From NCBI GenBank assembly GCA_902556355.1, contig CACDVW010000001.1, positions 5,164 through 69,163 on the forward strand: a stretch of 64,000 nt of DNA. The letters are read 5' to 3'. This DNA comes from an uncultured SAR86 cluster bacterium (GTDB taxonomy: Bacteria; Pseudomonadota; Gammaproteobacteria; Magnimaribacterales; D2472). Of the stretch, positions 13,843-25,605 are shown in pieces. The translations under genes were made by a program, and so were the position numbers. The notes beneath the pieces are model-generated. The model was not told the origin of the DNA and searched no databases. It was given only the letters and a program-made list of their open reading frames with translations. Position 1 is the stretch's first letter. Every line of letters starts with the position of its first letter.

Positions 13843-13865
13843 CGAATGATTATCATAATGATTCG
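13843..13865 (+). promoter_or_regulatory. Fur-box-like imperfect palindrome
   Basis: CGAATGATTATCATAATGATTCG. The core TGATTAT-C-ATAATGA matches the 7-1-7 Fur consensus TGATAAT-n-ATTATCA at about 12 of 15 positions. It lies about 100 nt upstream of the ferritin-like gene. Confidence 0.45.
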
Positions 13866-13963
13866 TATTAAAAAAATACCTTATATCAGTAGTTTACATC
13901 ATATATAAATTCTTTTATAGTTATCTTAATTAATTAACTTTTTAATGCTTAAGGAGCAATAAT

Positions 13964-14404
13964 ATGGGATTAAAACCACTTGATACAAATAAAGCTTGCG
14001 CCATATTAAATGAGATAATGGAATACGAATTAGCAGGAGTTGTTCGCTATACTCACTCAGCTATGATGATAACTGGCCCTTATAGAATTCCAATTGTTGC
14101 TTTCTTAAAAGAGCAAGCAAGTGAATCATTGTTACACGCTCAAGGAGCTGGTGAATTAATTGCGGGACTTGATGGACACCCTAGCCAAAGAATAGCAAAA
14201 ATTGAAGAGACCGGGCAGCATACTATCAAAGATATTTTAGAAGAAAGTTTAGAACATGAACTTCATGCTGTTGGCCTTTATAAAAAACTTTTGGAAGAAG
14301 TTGAGGACAGGTCTATTTATTTAGAAGAGTATGCAAGAGGCATGATCGGTGAAGAGGAGCAACATTCCTTAGAACTCAAAAGAATGTTAAAAGATTACGG
14401 GTAA
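13964..14404 (+). CDS. Bacterioferritin/ferritin-like di-iron protein
   Basis: 146 aa with a four-helix ferritin-like pattern and E...ExxH-type ligands (EYELAG, ESLLHA, LEHELHA, EEQHSLE). Confidence 0.75.
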   Translation: MGLKPLDTNKACAILNEIMEYELAGVVRYTHSAMMITGPYRIPIVAFLKEQASESLLHAQGAGELIAGLDGHPSQRIAKIEETGQHTIKDILEESLEHELHAVGLYKKLLEEVEDRSIYLEEYARGMIGEEEQHSLELKRMLKDYG

Positions 14405-14410
14405 ACTTAA

Positions 14411-14848
14411 TTAAGCTTTTTTAAAATACCTTTGATGATGAGCTTCTGATAAATCCAAAAACTCTTTATTAATCTCGTCACGTATTTTCATAGGATCATA
14501 ATTTTTAAGACTAGTAATCCCAAATTGTTCTAAATCTAAATTTTGTGATCCTGCTGCTCTAAGCAAATCAAAAATCCAAGTTAAAGGATCCATAGAGTTG
14601 TTGTAGTTAATTGCATTCTCTTTTAATTTTATTTGAAGCAAATCTGAATCATGAACTTTAAATCTATCTTGAAGAATTAAGACTTTAAATTTTTCAAGGC
14701 GATCATTTACAAGTGCCCTTTCGTCTTGTGAATATTTTGGCCAACTAATAATCTCGTGAACAAATCTTTTACACCCTTTGCAGACGTCATCTCCATAAGT
14801 TGTAGAGCAAATACCTAAACAAGGGGTTGTAGATCGAGTTTTTTGCAT
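14411..14848 (-). CDS. DUF1289 (YdhL-like) domain protein
   Basis: TPCLGICSTTYGDDVCKGCKRFVHEIISW matches the DUF1289 Cys motif. Confidence 0.65.
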   Translation of the reverse strand: MQKTRSTTPCLGICSTTYGDDVCKGCKRFVHEIISWPKYSQDERALVNDRLEKFKVLILQDRFKVHDSDLLQIKLKENAINYNNSMDPLTWIFDLLRAAGSQNLDLEQFGITSLKNYDPMKIRDEINKEFLDLSEAHHQRYFKKA

Positions 14849-14950
14849 AATTAAGCAAAATAATAACCCATTTTTAAATAAAATCTGCTATTTACTAGAA
14901 GCCTTTTGCTTATAAGAGTAAAATTACCACCGTTAACAAGGAGATAATCA

Positions 14951-17533
14951 ATGTTAAACGAATACAAAGCACACGTAGACGAAAGAGCGGCACAAAATAT
15001 CCCACCGCTTCCATTAGATGCAGACCAAACTGCACAATTAGCAGATCTTTTAAAATCTGAACACGAAGAATCTGAACTTTTATTACATTTACTTAAAGAA
15101 AGAGTGCCTGCTGGTGTAGATCAATCAGCATATGTAAAAGCAGCTTTTTTGGCTGATATTACAACCGGCGAAACTTCTAGTCCTTATATTACAAAATCTG
15201 ATGCAGTACATATTCTTGGCACAATGCTTGGTGGTTATAACATCCAACCTTTGATTGAATGCCTAAAAATAGATGAATTGGGCGATGAAGCTGCTGAAGC
15301 TTTAGGAAAAACATTACTAATTTTTGATGCCTTTAATGAGATCTTTGAATTATCAAAGACTAATGAGTATGCAAAAAAGGTAGTAGATGCATGGGCTGAA
15401 GGAAAATGGTTTACTGAAAAAGCTAAACTTCCAGAACAGATTAAACTAACTGTCTATAAAGTACCTGGTGAAATTAATACTGATGATCTTTCGCCAGCAA
15501 CAGATGCTTGGTCACGCCCTGATATCCCTCTTCATGCATTAGCTATGTTCAAAATGCCAAGAGAAGGTCTGGATAGACCATTAGAAACTATTGAAGAGTT
15601 AAAAGAAAAAGGTAATCCGCTTGTATTTGTTGGTGATGTTGTTGGTACCGGTTCATCAAGAAAGTCTGCTACAAACTCAGTGTTATGGCATATGGGAGAT
15701 GAGATACCTTATATACCCAATAAAAAAGAAGGCGGTTTTTGTTTTGGTGGAAAAATAGCTCCTATCTTTTTTAATACGTTAGAAGATTCAGGCGCTTTTC
15801 CAATTGAATTAGATGTTTCTAAAATGGAAATGGGTCAAGAGATTATCCTTGAGCCTTATAACGGAAAAGTTCTTGATGCTTCAAGTAATGATGTTATCTC
15901 TACTTTTGAACTTAAAACTGATGTGCTTCTTGATGAGGTAAGAGCTAATGGAAGAATACCGTTAATCATTGGAAGACAATTAACAGATAAAACTAGAGAA
16001 GCTTTAGATTTAGAACCTACAGATATATTTACAAGACCTGATGCCGCTGATGCCTCAGATAAAGGTTATACGCTGGCACAAAAAATGGTTGGTAAAGCTT
16101 GTGGAGTTGAGGGTATTAGACCAGGTACTTATTGCGAGCCAAGAATGACAACTGTTGGCTCTCAAGATACTACTGGGCCAATGACAAGAGATGAATTAAA
16201 AGAGTTAGCTTGCTTAGGTTTTTCTGCTGATTTGGTTATGCAATCATTTTGTCATACTGCAGCTTATCCAAAACCTGTAGACATTGAGACACAACATAAC
16301 CTACCTGATTTCATTATGAATCGTGGCGGTGTTTCATTAAGACCGGGTGATGGAATAATTCATTCGTGGCTTAACAGAATGTTATTACCTGATGGAGTTG
16401 GAACAGGTGGCGATAGCCATACTAGATTCCCAATAGGTATCAGCTTTCCTGCTGGATCAGGACTTGTGGCATTTGCTGCAACATTAGGTGTAATGCCGTT
16501 AGATATGCCTGAATCAGTTTTGGTTAGATTCAAGGGTGAGATGCAGCCAGGAATAACTTTAAGAGATCTTGTTAATGCTATTCCATATGCTGCTATTCAA
16601 AAAGGTCTTTTGACTGTTGCAAAAGAAGGTAAGAAAAATATTTTCTCAGGAAGATGTTTGGAAATCGAAGGTCTTCCAAATATGAAAGTTGAACAAGCGT
16701 TTGAATTATCAGATGCCTCTGCAGAAAGATCAGCTTCAGGTTGTACTGTTAGATTAAATAAAGAACCAATCATTGAATATCTTCAATCAAACATTGTTAT
16801 GTTGAGATGGATGATTGCAAGCGGCTATGGCGATGCTAAAACTTTAGAAAGAAGAGCTCAAGCTATGGAAGAATGGATTAAAAATCCTGAACTTCTAGAG
16901 CCAGATGAAAATGCTGAATATGCAGAAATTATCGAGATTGATTTAAACGAAATCACTGAGCCATTACTTGCATGCCCTAACGATCCTGATGACATCAAAC
17001 CATTATCAGAGGTAGCTAATACTGAAATCCAAGAAGTGTTTATTGGGTCTTGTATGACTAATATTGGTCACTTCAGAGCTGCCGGTACTTTGTTACAAAA
17101 ATATAACGGAACAAAAGCTAGATTATGGGTTGTTCCTCCAACAAAAATGGATGAAAAGCAGCTGATGGAAGAAGGTATCTATAATGTGTTTGGTGTATCT
17201 GGAGCTAGAACTGAGCTCCCGGGATGTTCTCTGTGTATGGGTAACCAGGCAAGAGTGCTAGCTAATTCTACTGTGGTATCAACATCTACTAGAAACTTCC
17301 CAAATAGATTGGGTGATGGTGCTGATGTATTTTTAGCATCTGCAGAACTTTCAGCCATAGCATCAGTATTAGGTAGACTGCCAAGTGTTGAGGAATATCA
17401 CAAATATATGGATGATATTAATCCTTTGGCAGATGACATATACAGATATCTAAATTTCAATGAGATTGATACATATGTGGAGAGTGCAAACTCAGCAAGC
17501 ATACCTGCTGTGAATATTGTTAATCCTAGTTAG
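14951..17533 (+). CDS. acnB: Aconitate hydratase B / 2-methylisocitrate dehydratase
   Basis: 860 aa. The N-terminus [26 protein letters not shown] parallels E. coli AcnB, and the Fe-S Cys motifs are present ([14 protein letters not shown]). Confidence 0.95.
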   Translation: MLNEYKAHVDERAAQNIPPLPLDADQTAQLADLLKSEHEESELLLHLLKERVPAGVDQSAYVKAAFLADITTGETSSPYITKSDAVHILGTMLGGYNIQPLIECLKIDELGDEAAEALGKTLLIFDAFNEIFELSKTNEYAKKVVDAWAEGKWFTEKAKLPEQIKLTVYKVPGEINTDDLSPATDAWSRPDIPLHALAMFKMPREGLDRPLETIEELKEKGNPLVFVGDVVGTGSSRKSATNSVLWHMGDEIPYIPNKKEGGFCFGGKIAPIFFNTLEDSGAFPIELDVSKMEMGQEIILEPYNGKVLDASSNDVISTFELKTDVLLDEVRANGRIPLIIGRQLTDKTREALDLEPTDIFTRPDAADASDKGYTLAQKMVGKACGVEGIRPGTYCEPRMTTVGSQDTTGPMTRDELKELACLGFSADLVMQSFCHTAAYPKPVDIETQHNLPDFIMNRGGVSLRPGDGIIHSWLNRMLLPDGVGTGGDSHTRFPIGISFPAGSGLVAFAATLGVMPLDMPESVLVRFKGEMQPGITLRDLVNAIPYAAIQKGLLTVAKEGKKNIFSGRCLEIEGLPNMKVEQAFELSDASAERSASGCTVRLNKEPIIEYLQSNIVMLRWMIASGYGDAKTLERRAQAMEEWIKNPELLEPDENAEYAEIIEIDLNEITEPLLACPNDPDDIKPLSEVANTEIQEVFIGSCMTNIGHFRAAGTLLQKYNGTKARLWVVPPTKMDEKQLMEEGIYNVFGVSGARTELPGCSLCMGNQARVLANSTVVSTSTRNFPNRLGDGADVFLASAELSAIASVLGRLPSVEEYHKYMDDINPLADDIYRYLNFNEIDTYVESANSASIPAVNIVNPS

Positions 17534-19014
17534 GCTTTAGCTTTTTCTCTTTGTGCTTTGACTTCGTCTTGTCTGGATATCTCTAGGTCTTTAAGATAAT
17601 TTTCACCAAGCGGAGTTATATATTCACCGGTGAATATTGAGGTTTCAAATTCTTTGATTTCAGGATTACCAGTTTTACATGTATCAATTAAGTCCTCTAA
17701 CGTTTGATAGACAAGCCAGTCTGCACCTATTTCTGTAGCAACCTCTTCATCTGTTCTATTTGAAGCTATTAATTCGCTGGTAGCAGGCATGTCTATACCG
17801 TATAGATTTTGATATTTAATGGCAGGTGCTGCAGAGGCAAAATAAACTTTTTTTGCTCCAGCCTCTTTAGCCATTTCAATAATTTTCTTACTAGTAGTCC
17901 CTCTTACAATCGAATCATCAACTAGCATTACATTTTTACCTTCAAATTCTAAATCAAGAATATTTAACTTCCTTCTCACGGACTTTCTTCTCTCTTCTTG
18001 GTAAGGCATGATGAACGTTCGCCCAATATATCTATTTTTAACAAAGCCCTCTCTGTATGGAACATTTAAGTCAACTGCAAGTTGCAATGCTGCAGTGGTG
18101 GAACTATCAGGTATTGGGATTACAACATCAATGTCGTGATCAGGATTTTTCTTCTTTATTAATTCAGCAAGCTTAGACCCCATTCTCATTCGAGCTTTAT
18201 AAACTGAAATTTCATCAATGTTTGAATCGGGTCTTGAGAAATATACATACTCAAATATACAAGGTCTTTTTTGAGGAACTTCTGCACATTGTTGTGAAAA
18301 AAAGTTACCTTTCTTATCAATATATATAGCCTCTCCTGGCTCTACATCTCTTAGTTTTTTAAAGCCCTGTGATTCGAAAAGTGCGTCCTCAGAAGCAATA
18401 ATGTACTCATCTCTAGTCTTACCTTCTCTTATACCAATAGATAAAGGTCTAATGCCATTGTTATCTCTAAAAGCAAGAATTCCATGACCTGTAATGAGTG
18501 CTAGGACAGCATAAGCTCCATCACATCTTCTATGAGTTTTGGCAACAGCTTTAAAAATATGTTCGGCTGAAGGATAGATTTCTCTCTGCTTACCTAACTC
18601 ATGAGCAAAAATATTTAGCAAGACTTCTGAATCAGAGTCTGTATTGAGATGTCTCATTTCTGCATGAAACAATTGAGTCGCAAGTTCTTTAGAATTAGTT
18701 AGGTTACCGTTATGAGCTATGCTGATTCCATAAGGTGAGTTTACGTACATTGGCTGAGCAAACTCTTTACCTGTACCTCCAGCAGTTGGATATCTGACAT
18801 GCCCAATGCCGTAATTACCAATAAGCTTACTCATATGTCTTTGTTGAAAGACATCTCTTACATAACCCATTGATTTTCTACTGTGGAGTCTGTCTTGTGA
18901 GTCACATACCACCATACCAGCAGCATCTTGACCTCTATGCTGAAGCATTAAAAGGGAGTCATATATTTCTGCTGCTATGTTAGTCTCAGCAGAAATTCCA
19001 ACTATTCCACACAT
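17530..19014 (-). CDS. purF: Amidophosphoribosyltransferase
   Basis: MCGIVGI N-terminal nucleophile and a PRPP-binding [13 protein letters not shown] motif. Confidence 0.95.
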   Translation of the reverse strand: MCGIVGISAETNIAAEIYDSLLMLQHRGQDAAGMVVCDSQDRLHSRKSMGYVRDVFQQRHMSKLIGNYGIGHVRYPTAGGTGKEFAQPMYVNSPYGISIAHNGNLTNSKELATQLFHAEMRHLNTDSDSEVLLNIFAHELGKQREIYPSAEHIFKAVAKTHRRCDGAYAVLALITGHGILAFRDNNGIRPLSIGIREGKTRDEYIIASEDALFESQGFKKLRDVEPGEAIYIDKKGNFFSQQCAEVPQKRPCIFEYVYFSRPDSNIDEISVYKARMRMGSKLAELIKKKNPDHDIDVVIPIPDSSTTAALQLAVDLNVPYREGFVKNRYIGRTFIMPYQEERRKSVRRKLNILDLEFEGKNVMLVDDSIVRGTTSKKIIEMAKEAGAKKVYFASAAPAIKYQNLYGIDMPATSELIASNRTDEEVATEIGADWLVYQTLEDLIDTCKTGNPEIKEFETSIFTGEYITPLGENYLKDLEISRQDEVKAQREKAKA

Positions 19015-19598
19015 TAGGAGTCCTCTTTAGTAGGATTAATATCTTCTTCATCTGGGGCCACCTCTTCTCTTATTGGTTCAATGACTTCCAGCGCTTCTTC
19101 GACTAAGCTTCTATTATCTATTAATTCTCTAAAATAAGCTTCAATTTGTGGAGCATATTTTTCAATTATCGGTGTTATTTTTGATTTGTTAATTAAGTCT
19201 GTTGATTTGACGCTTGAGGGTAAGAGTAAAAAGATTACAAATAAAACAATTAAGCCTCTCGTTAGACCAAATAATACTCCTAAAAATCTATCAAATCCTG
19301 AAGCACCAGACCATTTGATAAGAGTGCCAATGAATTTGATTACCATTCCGCCAAGAATGATACAGACCATAAAGACAACTATGTAGGATAAGATCTTTGA
19401 AATCTCTTCATTGCCAACGAATTCATTAATCTTTGGAGTTGCTAAATATTCCAGACTAACTGCAGCGATAAAAGCTACAACCCATAAAAATAAAGATAAA
19501 AATTCTTTTGTAAAACCTCTAGCGAGAGAAATAAGGCCTGAAGCAGTTAATACAACTAATATAAACCAGTCAGTTACATTTAGTCCTAGAGCTTCCAT
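19014..19598 (-). CDS. cvpA: CvpA family membrane protein
   Basis: Multi-TM protein immediately upstream of purF, as in other gammaproteobacteria. Confidence 0.8.
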   Translation of the reverse strand: MEALGLNVTDWFILVVLTASGLISLARGFTKEFLSLFLWVVAFIAAVSLEYLATPKINEFVGNEEISKILSYIVVFMVCIILGGMVIKFIGTLIKWSGASGFDRFLGVLFGLTRGLIVLFVIFLLLPSSVKSTDLINKSKITPIIEKYAPQIEAYFRELIDNRSLVEEALEVIEPIREEVAPDEEDINPTKEDS

Positions 19599-20068
19599 CT
19601 AGATATCTCTCCATTTTGTGACTCTGAAACCTTTTGAATTAATTCTATATTTTGATTTATGTCACTCTCTTCAATAAAAGGTCCCACATAAACCGCATGA
19701 AGGTTTTTCTTAGAACCAAAAACTTCGGTAAATGCTGGAAAGCCTCCTTCGTTAATCTTTGTGACCATTTTTTTTGCATTGTCCTCAGACGAAAGAACAT
19801 GAACTCTTAAAACAAATAAATCAAAATCTGATCTATCAATATTTGCAACATCTGCGACTATTTCTTTGTTGGGTTTTAAAGGTTCTTCTTTGGCTATTTC
19901 TTTGGACTCTTCTTCAAATTCTATTTTAGCTATTTCTTCAATTTCTGGAGCTGCATCTGCGATTTTAAAATCTTGTTGATAATCAACTTGAGGAGTTAAA
20001 ACAACAAAAAGAAGAATTAGTAATGCGCTAATGCTGAAAACAAGACCTACAATTCTCTCAATATTCAT
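19586..20068 (-). CDS. SPOR-domain cell-division protein (DedD-like)
   Basis: An N-terminal TM segment and a C-terminal SPOR-like block (FVLRVHVLSSEDNAKKMVTKINEGGFPAF...AVYVGPF). The position between accD and cvpA fits. Confidence 0.7.
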   Translation of the reverse strand: MNIERIVGLVFSISALLILLFVVLTPQVDYQQDFKIADAAPEIEEIAKIEFEEESKEIAKEEPLKPNKEIVADVANIDRSDFDLFVLRVHVLSSEDNAKKMVTKINEGGFPAFTEVFGSKKNLHAVYVGPFIEESDINQNIELIQKVSESQNGEISRWKL

Positions 20069-20913
20069 TAAGCTTTATATATTTTTTTTAGTAGTCCGTG
20101 AACTTTAGTTCTAATATTTCTTCTGTGAACAATCATATCAATTGCTCCATGTTTTAACAAAAACTCTGATTTTTGGAAGTCGTCAGGTAAGTCTACTCTA
20201 ACAGTTTGTTCAATAACTCTTCTACCCGCAAAACCAACTAAGGCATCAGGTTCAGCAATATTTATATCACCAAGCATCGCCAAACTAGCGGAAACACCTC
20301 CATAGATAGGATCAACCATTACAGAAATATAAGGTAATTTTTCTGCCTTAAGTTTTTGTAAAGCTGCCGAAGTTTTTGCCATCTGCATCAAAGAAATCAT
20401 TGATTCTTGCATTCTTGCTCCACCACTTGTGGAAAAGCAGACAAACGGACAACGAGACTTTATAGCCTCATTTACTCCTTGTACAAATTTTTCTCCTACG
20501 ACTCCTCCCATAGAGCCACCCATAAATCTAAACTCAAATGCAGCTACAACCACATCCATTGAATCGAGCGCACCTTTACCAATAATAATAGCTTCATTCT
20601 CTCCTGTATTTGAAACAGCATCTTTAATTCTTGAGGAATAATTTTTTGTATCTTTAAATTTTAGGGAATCTTTAGTTTTTATATCAGCTGCTATTTCTTC
20701 AAAATAACCATTATCTAAAAATATTTCTAATCTTTTTCTAGCTCCAATTCGAAGATGATGGTCGCATTTAGGACAAACAAAAAGTGATTTTTCTAGATCA
20801 GGAGCATACAAAACAGATTCACAAGAAGGGCAAGAGCTCCAAAGTCCATCAGGCACCTTACTTTTAGACTTGGATGTCATTATTGAAGGTATGAGCCTTG
20901 TTAGCCAGTTCAT
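20068..20913 (-). CDS. accD: Acetyl-CoA carboxylase carboxyltransferase beta subunit
   Basis: Zn-ribbon CPSC...CPKC followed by the carboxyltransferase domain (FEFRFMGGSMG). Confidence 0.95.
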   Translation of the reverse strand: MNWLTRLIPSIMTSKSKSKVPDGLWSSCPSCESVLYAPDLEKSLFVCPKCDHHLRIGARKRLEIFLDNGYFEEIAADIKTKDSLKFKDTKNYSSRIKDAVSNTGENEAIIIGKGALDSMDVVVAAFEFRFMGGSMGGVVGEKFVQGVNEAIKSRCPFVCFSTSGGARMQESMISLMQMAKTSAALQKLKAEKLPYISVMVDPIYGGVSASLAMLGDINIAEPDALVGFAGRRVIEQTVRVDLPDDFQKSEFLLKHGAIDMIVHRRNIRTKVHGLLKKIYKA

Positions 20914-21695
20914 GATATAGCGGTTTTCATCTCCCTAAGATATTCACCTATTCTACCAAATTCTTTTGACTTAGACTCATCTGCAATCATTTCAACAATT
21001 GATGAACCAATCACAATACCATCAGAACATGCTGCTAGAGTTGAAGCATCCTCGACTGATTTAATTCCAAACCCTGCCATAGTTGGAGCATCTGAATATT
21101 GTTGAATTTTTTGAATATTATTTTTAATTTCTTCAATATTTAAATTAGATGAGCCTGTAACACCTCTGAGGGTGACGTAATAAATAAACCCAGTACTATT
21201 TTTTGCTATAGATTCAACTCTATCGTCTTTAGTGGTCGGTGATATTAGTGAAATAGTATTAATATTTGGGTTTGTGATTCCATAAGTCTGCAGATTAAGT
21301 TCGCCTGGAACATCTACAACTAAAATTGAATCCGCACTATTCTCTCCAATTGATTGCACTAGATCAATATGCGATATAAAGGTATTTAAATAACCCATTA
21401 AAACTATAGGCGTTTCGGTATTTGTTTCCCTAAACTTATCAACTAATTCAAGTATCATCTTCAGTGATATATTATTTTTAAGAGCTCGGTCATGAGCTTT
21501 TTGTATAGTTGGTCCCTCAGCGATTGGATCAGTAAAGGGAACGCCAATTTCAATAACATCAACTCCTGAATCAACAAATAAATGCATCAGATCTAGTGTT
21601 GTATCCAAATCAGGATCACCTGCTACAAGATATGCTACTAAAGCCTTTTTATTGTTTTCTTTAAGATTTTGTAATTTTGATGTCAGTCTATTCAA
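20910..21695 (-). CDS. trpA: Tryptophan synthase alpha chain
   Basis: [27 protein letters not shown] and GFGI motifs. Confidence 0.95.
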   Translation of the reverse strand: MNRLTSKLQNLKENNKKALVAYLVAGDPDLDTTLDLMHLFVDSGVDVIEIGVPFTDPIAEGPTIQKAHDRALKNNISLKMILELVDKFRETNTETPIVLMGYLNTFISHIDLVQSIGENSADSILVVDVPGELNLQTYGITNPNINTISLISPTTKDDRVESIAKNSTGFIYYVTLRGVTGSSNLNIEEIKNNIQKIQQYSDAPTMAGFGIKSVEDASTLAACSDGIVIGSSIVEMIADESKSKEFGRIGEYLREMKTAIS

Positions 21696-22897
21696 AACTC
21701 TATCCCGTCGATTTCAGCAACAGTATTAATGTCTTTATCTCCCCTACCAGAAACATTCACAACTACATTTGCTGATGAATCTAATTCCTTCATAAGAGGT
21801 TCTAGATATGCGAAAGCATGTGCTGTCTCAAGAGCAGGCATAATACCTTCAAGTTCAGTTACTTCGTGAAAAGCTTTTAAGGCATCATCATCGCTAACTG
21901 CCACATACTCAGCTCTACCAATATCTTTTAGCCATGAGTGTTCAGGACCAACTCCAGGATAATCTAAACCAGCTGAAACAGACTTGGTGTCTTTTACCTG
22001 ACCTGATTCATCTTGCATTAAATAACTGCGAGCACCGTGAAGAACTCCAGGTGTGCCATCATTTAATGGAGCTGCATGCTCACCTGTTGAAACACCCTCT
22101 CCACCAGCTTCGACACCAATAAGTCTAGTTTCTTGAATATCGATAAATGGGTGAAATATGCCCATTGCATTTGAGCCACCGCCAACACAGGCAACAACAG
22201 CATCAGGCATTTTGCCAAATAAATCTTTAGATTGCTCAATCACCTCTTTACCAACAACAGAGTTGAAATCTCTGACTATCATCGGATATGGATGAGGGCC
22301 AGTAACACTTCCAATAATGTAATAGGTATCATCAACATTAGTTACCCAATCTCTTAAAGCTTCATTTAAAGCATCTTTTAATGTTGCTGAACCAGAATCA
22401 ACAGGATGCACATGAGCCCCAAGTAATTTTATTCTATAAACATTTAAAGATTGTCTTCTAACGTCTTCAGCGCCCATATAAATATGACATTCTAGCCCTA
22501 ACCTTGCTGCAACAGTTGCTGTGGCAACACCATGCTGACCGGCACCGGTTTCTGCAATGATTCTTTTTTTGCCCATATATTTAGCAAGAAGTATCTGACC
22601 AACAGTATTATTTATTTTATGTGCGCCAGTATGATTAAGGTCTTCACGTTTAAGCCAGATAGAGCCAGATTTGTAATGGTCTGTTAATCTTTGTGCAAAA
22701 TATAGTGGCGAAGGTCTTCCAACAAAATGGGAAAGATCTTTATAGAACTCATCTATAAAGTCTTTATTATCTTTTAGTTTGTTATAAGTATTTTCTAGCT
22801 CTTCAAGAGCATACATCAGAGTTTCTGGTACAAATTTACCGCCATACTCGCCATAAAATCCTTCTTTATCAGGAAAGTTAGAATTACTAAATGTCAT
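21692..22897 (-). CDS. trpB: Tryptophan synthase beta chain
   Basis: [23 protein letters not shown] and GGGSNAMG motifs. Confidence 0.95.
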   Translation of the reverse strand: MTFSNSNFPDKEGFYGEYGGKFVPETLMYALEELENTYNKLKDNKDFIDEFYKDLSHFVGRPSPLYFAQRLTDHYKSGSIWLKREDLNHTGAHKINNTVGQILLAKYMGKKRIIAETGAGQHGVATATVAARLGLECHIYMGAEDVRRQSLNVYRIKLLGAHVHPVDSGSATLKDALNEALRDWVTNVDDTYYIIGSVTGPHPYPMIVRDFNSVVGKEVIEQSKDLFGKMPDAVVACVGGGSNAMGIFHPFIDIQETRLIGVEAGGEGVSTGEHAAPLNDGTPGVLHGARSYLMQDESGQVKDTKSVSAGLDYPGVGPEHSWLKDIGRAEYVAVSDDDALKAFHEVTELEGIMPALETAHAFAYLEPLMKELDSSANVVVNVSGRGDKDINTVAEIDGIEF

Positions 22898-23513
22898 AGT
22901 TTCTGATTATTTTTAAAATATCTTTTATTAAATGGATGTCTTTGATTCCAGCCTGAGATTCAACCCCAGAGTTTAAGTCTAAACACCACGAATTAGTCTT
23001 TAATGCATTATCGACATTTTGAGAATTAATTCCACCTGAAAGGACAAAATTATGAGAATCATTATCAATATTTTTTAATAACTCCCAATTAAAAGACTCG
23101 CCCGTTCCGCCATATAATCCATCCTTGTGATTTTCAAGAAGAATAGCTGAAGCAGAGCTGTATTGAGAAATCATTTCTATATCGCTAGCATTTTTTACTC
23201 TAATTGCCTTCCAGTAATCTAATCCAAAAGTTTCACAAAAATTTTGATCTTCATCTCCATGGAATTGTAGAATCGGATTATTAAAAAATGATGAAGTTTT
23301 GTAAATAAAATCTTCGTCAGCATTAACATAAACGCATACAGGTCTAGTTTCTTTAAAATCTATATTTTGTATTTTTTCTAGAAAGACTTCATCTACAAAT
23401 CTTGGGCTTTTGGAATAAAAAATAAAACCTACGTAATCCAGATTAAGCTTTATAAGCTGTTTTAGTATCTCAATATCTGAGATACCACAGATTTTTATCT
23501 TTGGATTAATCAT
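22887..23513 (-). CDS. trpF: Phosphoribosylanthranilate isomerase (monofunctional)
   Basis: The KICGI N-terminus, the LSGGI motif and the position upstream of trpBA. Confidence 0.85.
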   Translation of the reverse strand: MINPKIKICGISDIEILKQLIKLNLDYVGFIFYSKSPRFVDEVFLEKIQNIDFKETRPVCVYVNADEDFIYKTSSFFNNPILQFHGDEDQNFCETFGLDYWKAIRVKNASDIEMISQYSSASAILLENHKDGLYGGTGESFNWELLKNIDNDSHNFVLSGGINSQNVDNALKTNSWCLDLNSGVESQAGIKDIHLIKDILKIIRNYDI

Positions 23514-24295
23514 CTCTTAAACCTATCTAATAAATGCTCAGTTGGACTTTGGATATTAAATTTTAAATCATATTTAGGTCCAAGAAAAAATAATCCTTTT
23601 GCTGAAACAGTTTTGCCAGCATAACTTCTATCGTGTTTTGACAAAATTTCTTCTACAGAAAGATTTATTTCTCCCTTAGCAATATCTAATAAGGTACCAA
23701 CCATAATTCTTACCATATTATGCAAAAAGGCATTTGCATGGATGGATATAAAAATAAATTTATCGTGGTGTTCAATTTCGATATCTCTTATTGATTTAAT
23801 AGGATTTTTTGAGCTGCAGCTTGAACTTCTAAAGGATGTAAAATCATGTTTTCCAATAAACATTTTTGCCTGTTGATTTAGAACATCTATATCTAAATTA
23901 TTATTATCCCAGTGAGAGCAATTATCAAAAAATAACGGTTTACTTCTGGAGTTATAAATAACATAGGTATAGCTTCTCTCAATAGCAGAAAACCTAGAAT
24001 GAAAATCATCAGACACTTCAAACATTTTAGTTACAGCGATAGCGTCTGGAAGGTTTGAATTTATTCCGTCAATCCAATTTTTTTCTTCTCTTTTGATGTC
24101 GGTAGTAAAATCAAAGACTTGGGAAAGTGCGTGAACGCCAGCATCCGTTCTTCCAGCATAATTTATAACTTTTTTTTCTTGAGTAATCTTTTCAATAACT
24201 TCCTCAAGGTTTTGTTGAATTGAGATGGCATTCTTTTGTCTCTGGAAACCTGAAAACCCAGAACCATCATACTCAGTTGTAAAAGCTAGTCTCAC
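23510..24295 (-). CDS. truA: tRNA pseudouridine(38-40) synthase
   Basis: YDGSGFSGFQRQ and AGRTDAGVHA motifs. Confidence 0.9.
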   Translation of the reverse strand: MRLAFTTEYDGSGFSGFQRQKNAISIQQNLEEVIEKITQEKKVINYAGRTDAGVHALSQVFDFTTDIKREEKNWIDGINSNLPDAIAVTKMFEVSDDFHSRFSAIERSYTYVIYNSRSKPLFFDNCSHWDNNNLDIDVLNQQAKMFIGKHDFTSFRSSSCSSKNPIKSIRDIEIEHHDKFIFISIHANAFLHNMVRIMVGTLLDIAKGEINLSVEEILSKHDRSYAGKTVSAKGLFFLGPKYDLKFNIQSPTEHLLDRFKR

Positions 24296-25605
24296 TTTTC
24301 AGAAAATTTATCAAGCAAAGCTTTAGCATTATTTTTTATTTTATCGCTCTGAGATGATTTCATTAGTTCATCTAAAATAGATTTTGAGTTTTCTAAGTCA
24401 CCCATCTCAAAATATGTCACTGCAAGATCTAATTGCTGCTCTTCTTCATTATTTGTAATACTAAGGCCTTTTGGTAAACCCGCAACAGATGATGAAGTAT
24501 CAGGAGCTTCATCAAAATCATAATCTATTTTCTTTGTCTGTCTTGATTTGAGCTGAATATAAATCAGTGCTATTAAAATTCCAGAAAGAATTGATACAAA
24601 GGCAACAAAAAGGAGGTCCATTAATCCAAATTCTTGAACATCAGCAGGCTTTATATCCTCTGTCTCTTTAATTAATTCCTCAGCAACTTTGCTTTCAAAG
24701 GCCATTTCAAGTGTTTTAGTATTATTTTTAATAATGTCTGCTGGATCATTTAATTCTTCGTTATTAATATCTAACTGTTTAGCCTCATCTTCGTCAACAA
24801 TCTCTTTAACTTTCTGTTCAGGTGCTTCTATTATTTTTGGAGCAGTTAAAACTAATAAAGATTTTACTGCTGGTGCTATAGATAAAGAATATGATTCATT
24901 CATAGCAAGAATTGAAGCTTTTGCCTCGGTGTGCGAAGTCTCATATATACTTGAATATGAAGGAATTATTAAATCTTTATCATTTCGAACTAAATTAATA
25001 TTTCCATCTATAAACGCATTTTTGTTTCCAAGATAAATTGACCACATTATTTGATATATTGATGCATCAGACATATCTGTCTTAATGTTAGAAGCTAAAC
25101 TCCACATTGTTGTAATTTCATTAGCTTTAATAACTCTTAGCTCTTTTTTAATCTCTTTAGCAGCAGGAAGAATCTCCATTGGAGGTACATCATTTGATTT
25201 TTCAATAATAGCTGGTTTATATACTTGAGTGGGTTTAGGTTTTTTTGAAGAGGATTTTAGTTTTGAGGGTAAAAAAATAAATATATCTTTTGATATTTGA
25301 TCCTCTATAACCAACTTAAAATTAAAATAATTTCCATCGTAAGAGTTATTTAAAACTATTGAATAGGTCTTATAAGAAGAAAAGTCCTCTAATAAGGTAT
25401 AGGAAATATTTTCTTGATTTAATAATTCGTTAGACTTGTACTCTTTTAAGATAATATCTTCATCAGAAATCCTAGCGCTTTGGATCTTAAATTCAATTAC
25501 TCTTTCCCCTTGAGAATTAAGCGATAACTTGGGAGAAGATAAAAAAGCGTCGGCAACTATATTTAGAGGAAGAAGGATTAAAGATAATACAAAAACTCTT
25601 AACAC
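24292..25605 (-). CDS. FimV-like protein (LysM-like motif, TM segment, C-terminal TPR-like FimV motif)
   Basis: Signal peptide, TTMWSLASNIKTDMSDASIYQIMWSIYLGNKNAFIDGNIN, TM segment, C-terminal LDLAVTYFEMGDLENSKSILDEL. Its position between asd and truA matches Pseudomonas-type synteny. Confidence 0.7.
   Translation of the reverse strand: MLRVFVLSLILLPLNIVADAFLSSPKLSLNSQGERVIEFKIQSARISDEDIILKEYKSNELLNQENISYTLLEDFSSYKTYSIVLNNSYDGNYFNFKLVIEDQISKDIFIFLPSKLKSSSKKPKPTQVYKPAIIEKSNDVPPMEILPAAKEIKKELRVIKANEITTMWSLASNIKTDMSDASIYQIMWSIYLGNKNAFIDGNINLVRNDKDLIIPSYSSIYETSHTEAKASILAMNESYSLSIAPAVKSLLVLTAPKIIEAPEQKVKEIVDEDEAKQLDINNEELNDPADIIKNNTKTLEMAFESKVAEELIKETEDIKPADVQEFGLMDLLFVAFVSILSGILIALIYIQLKSRQTKKIDYDFDEAPDTSSSVAGLPKGLSITNNEEEQQLDLAVTYFEMGDLENSKSILDELMKSSQSDKIKNNAKALLDKFSEK

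Noticed and set aside
24689-25036. 115-aa plus-strand ORF
   Set aside because: It is antisense to the FimV-like gene and has a low-complexity S/L/I-rich translation.
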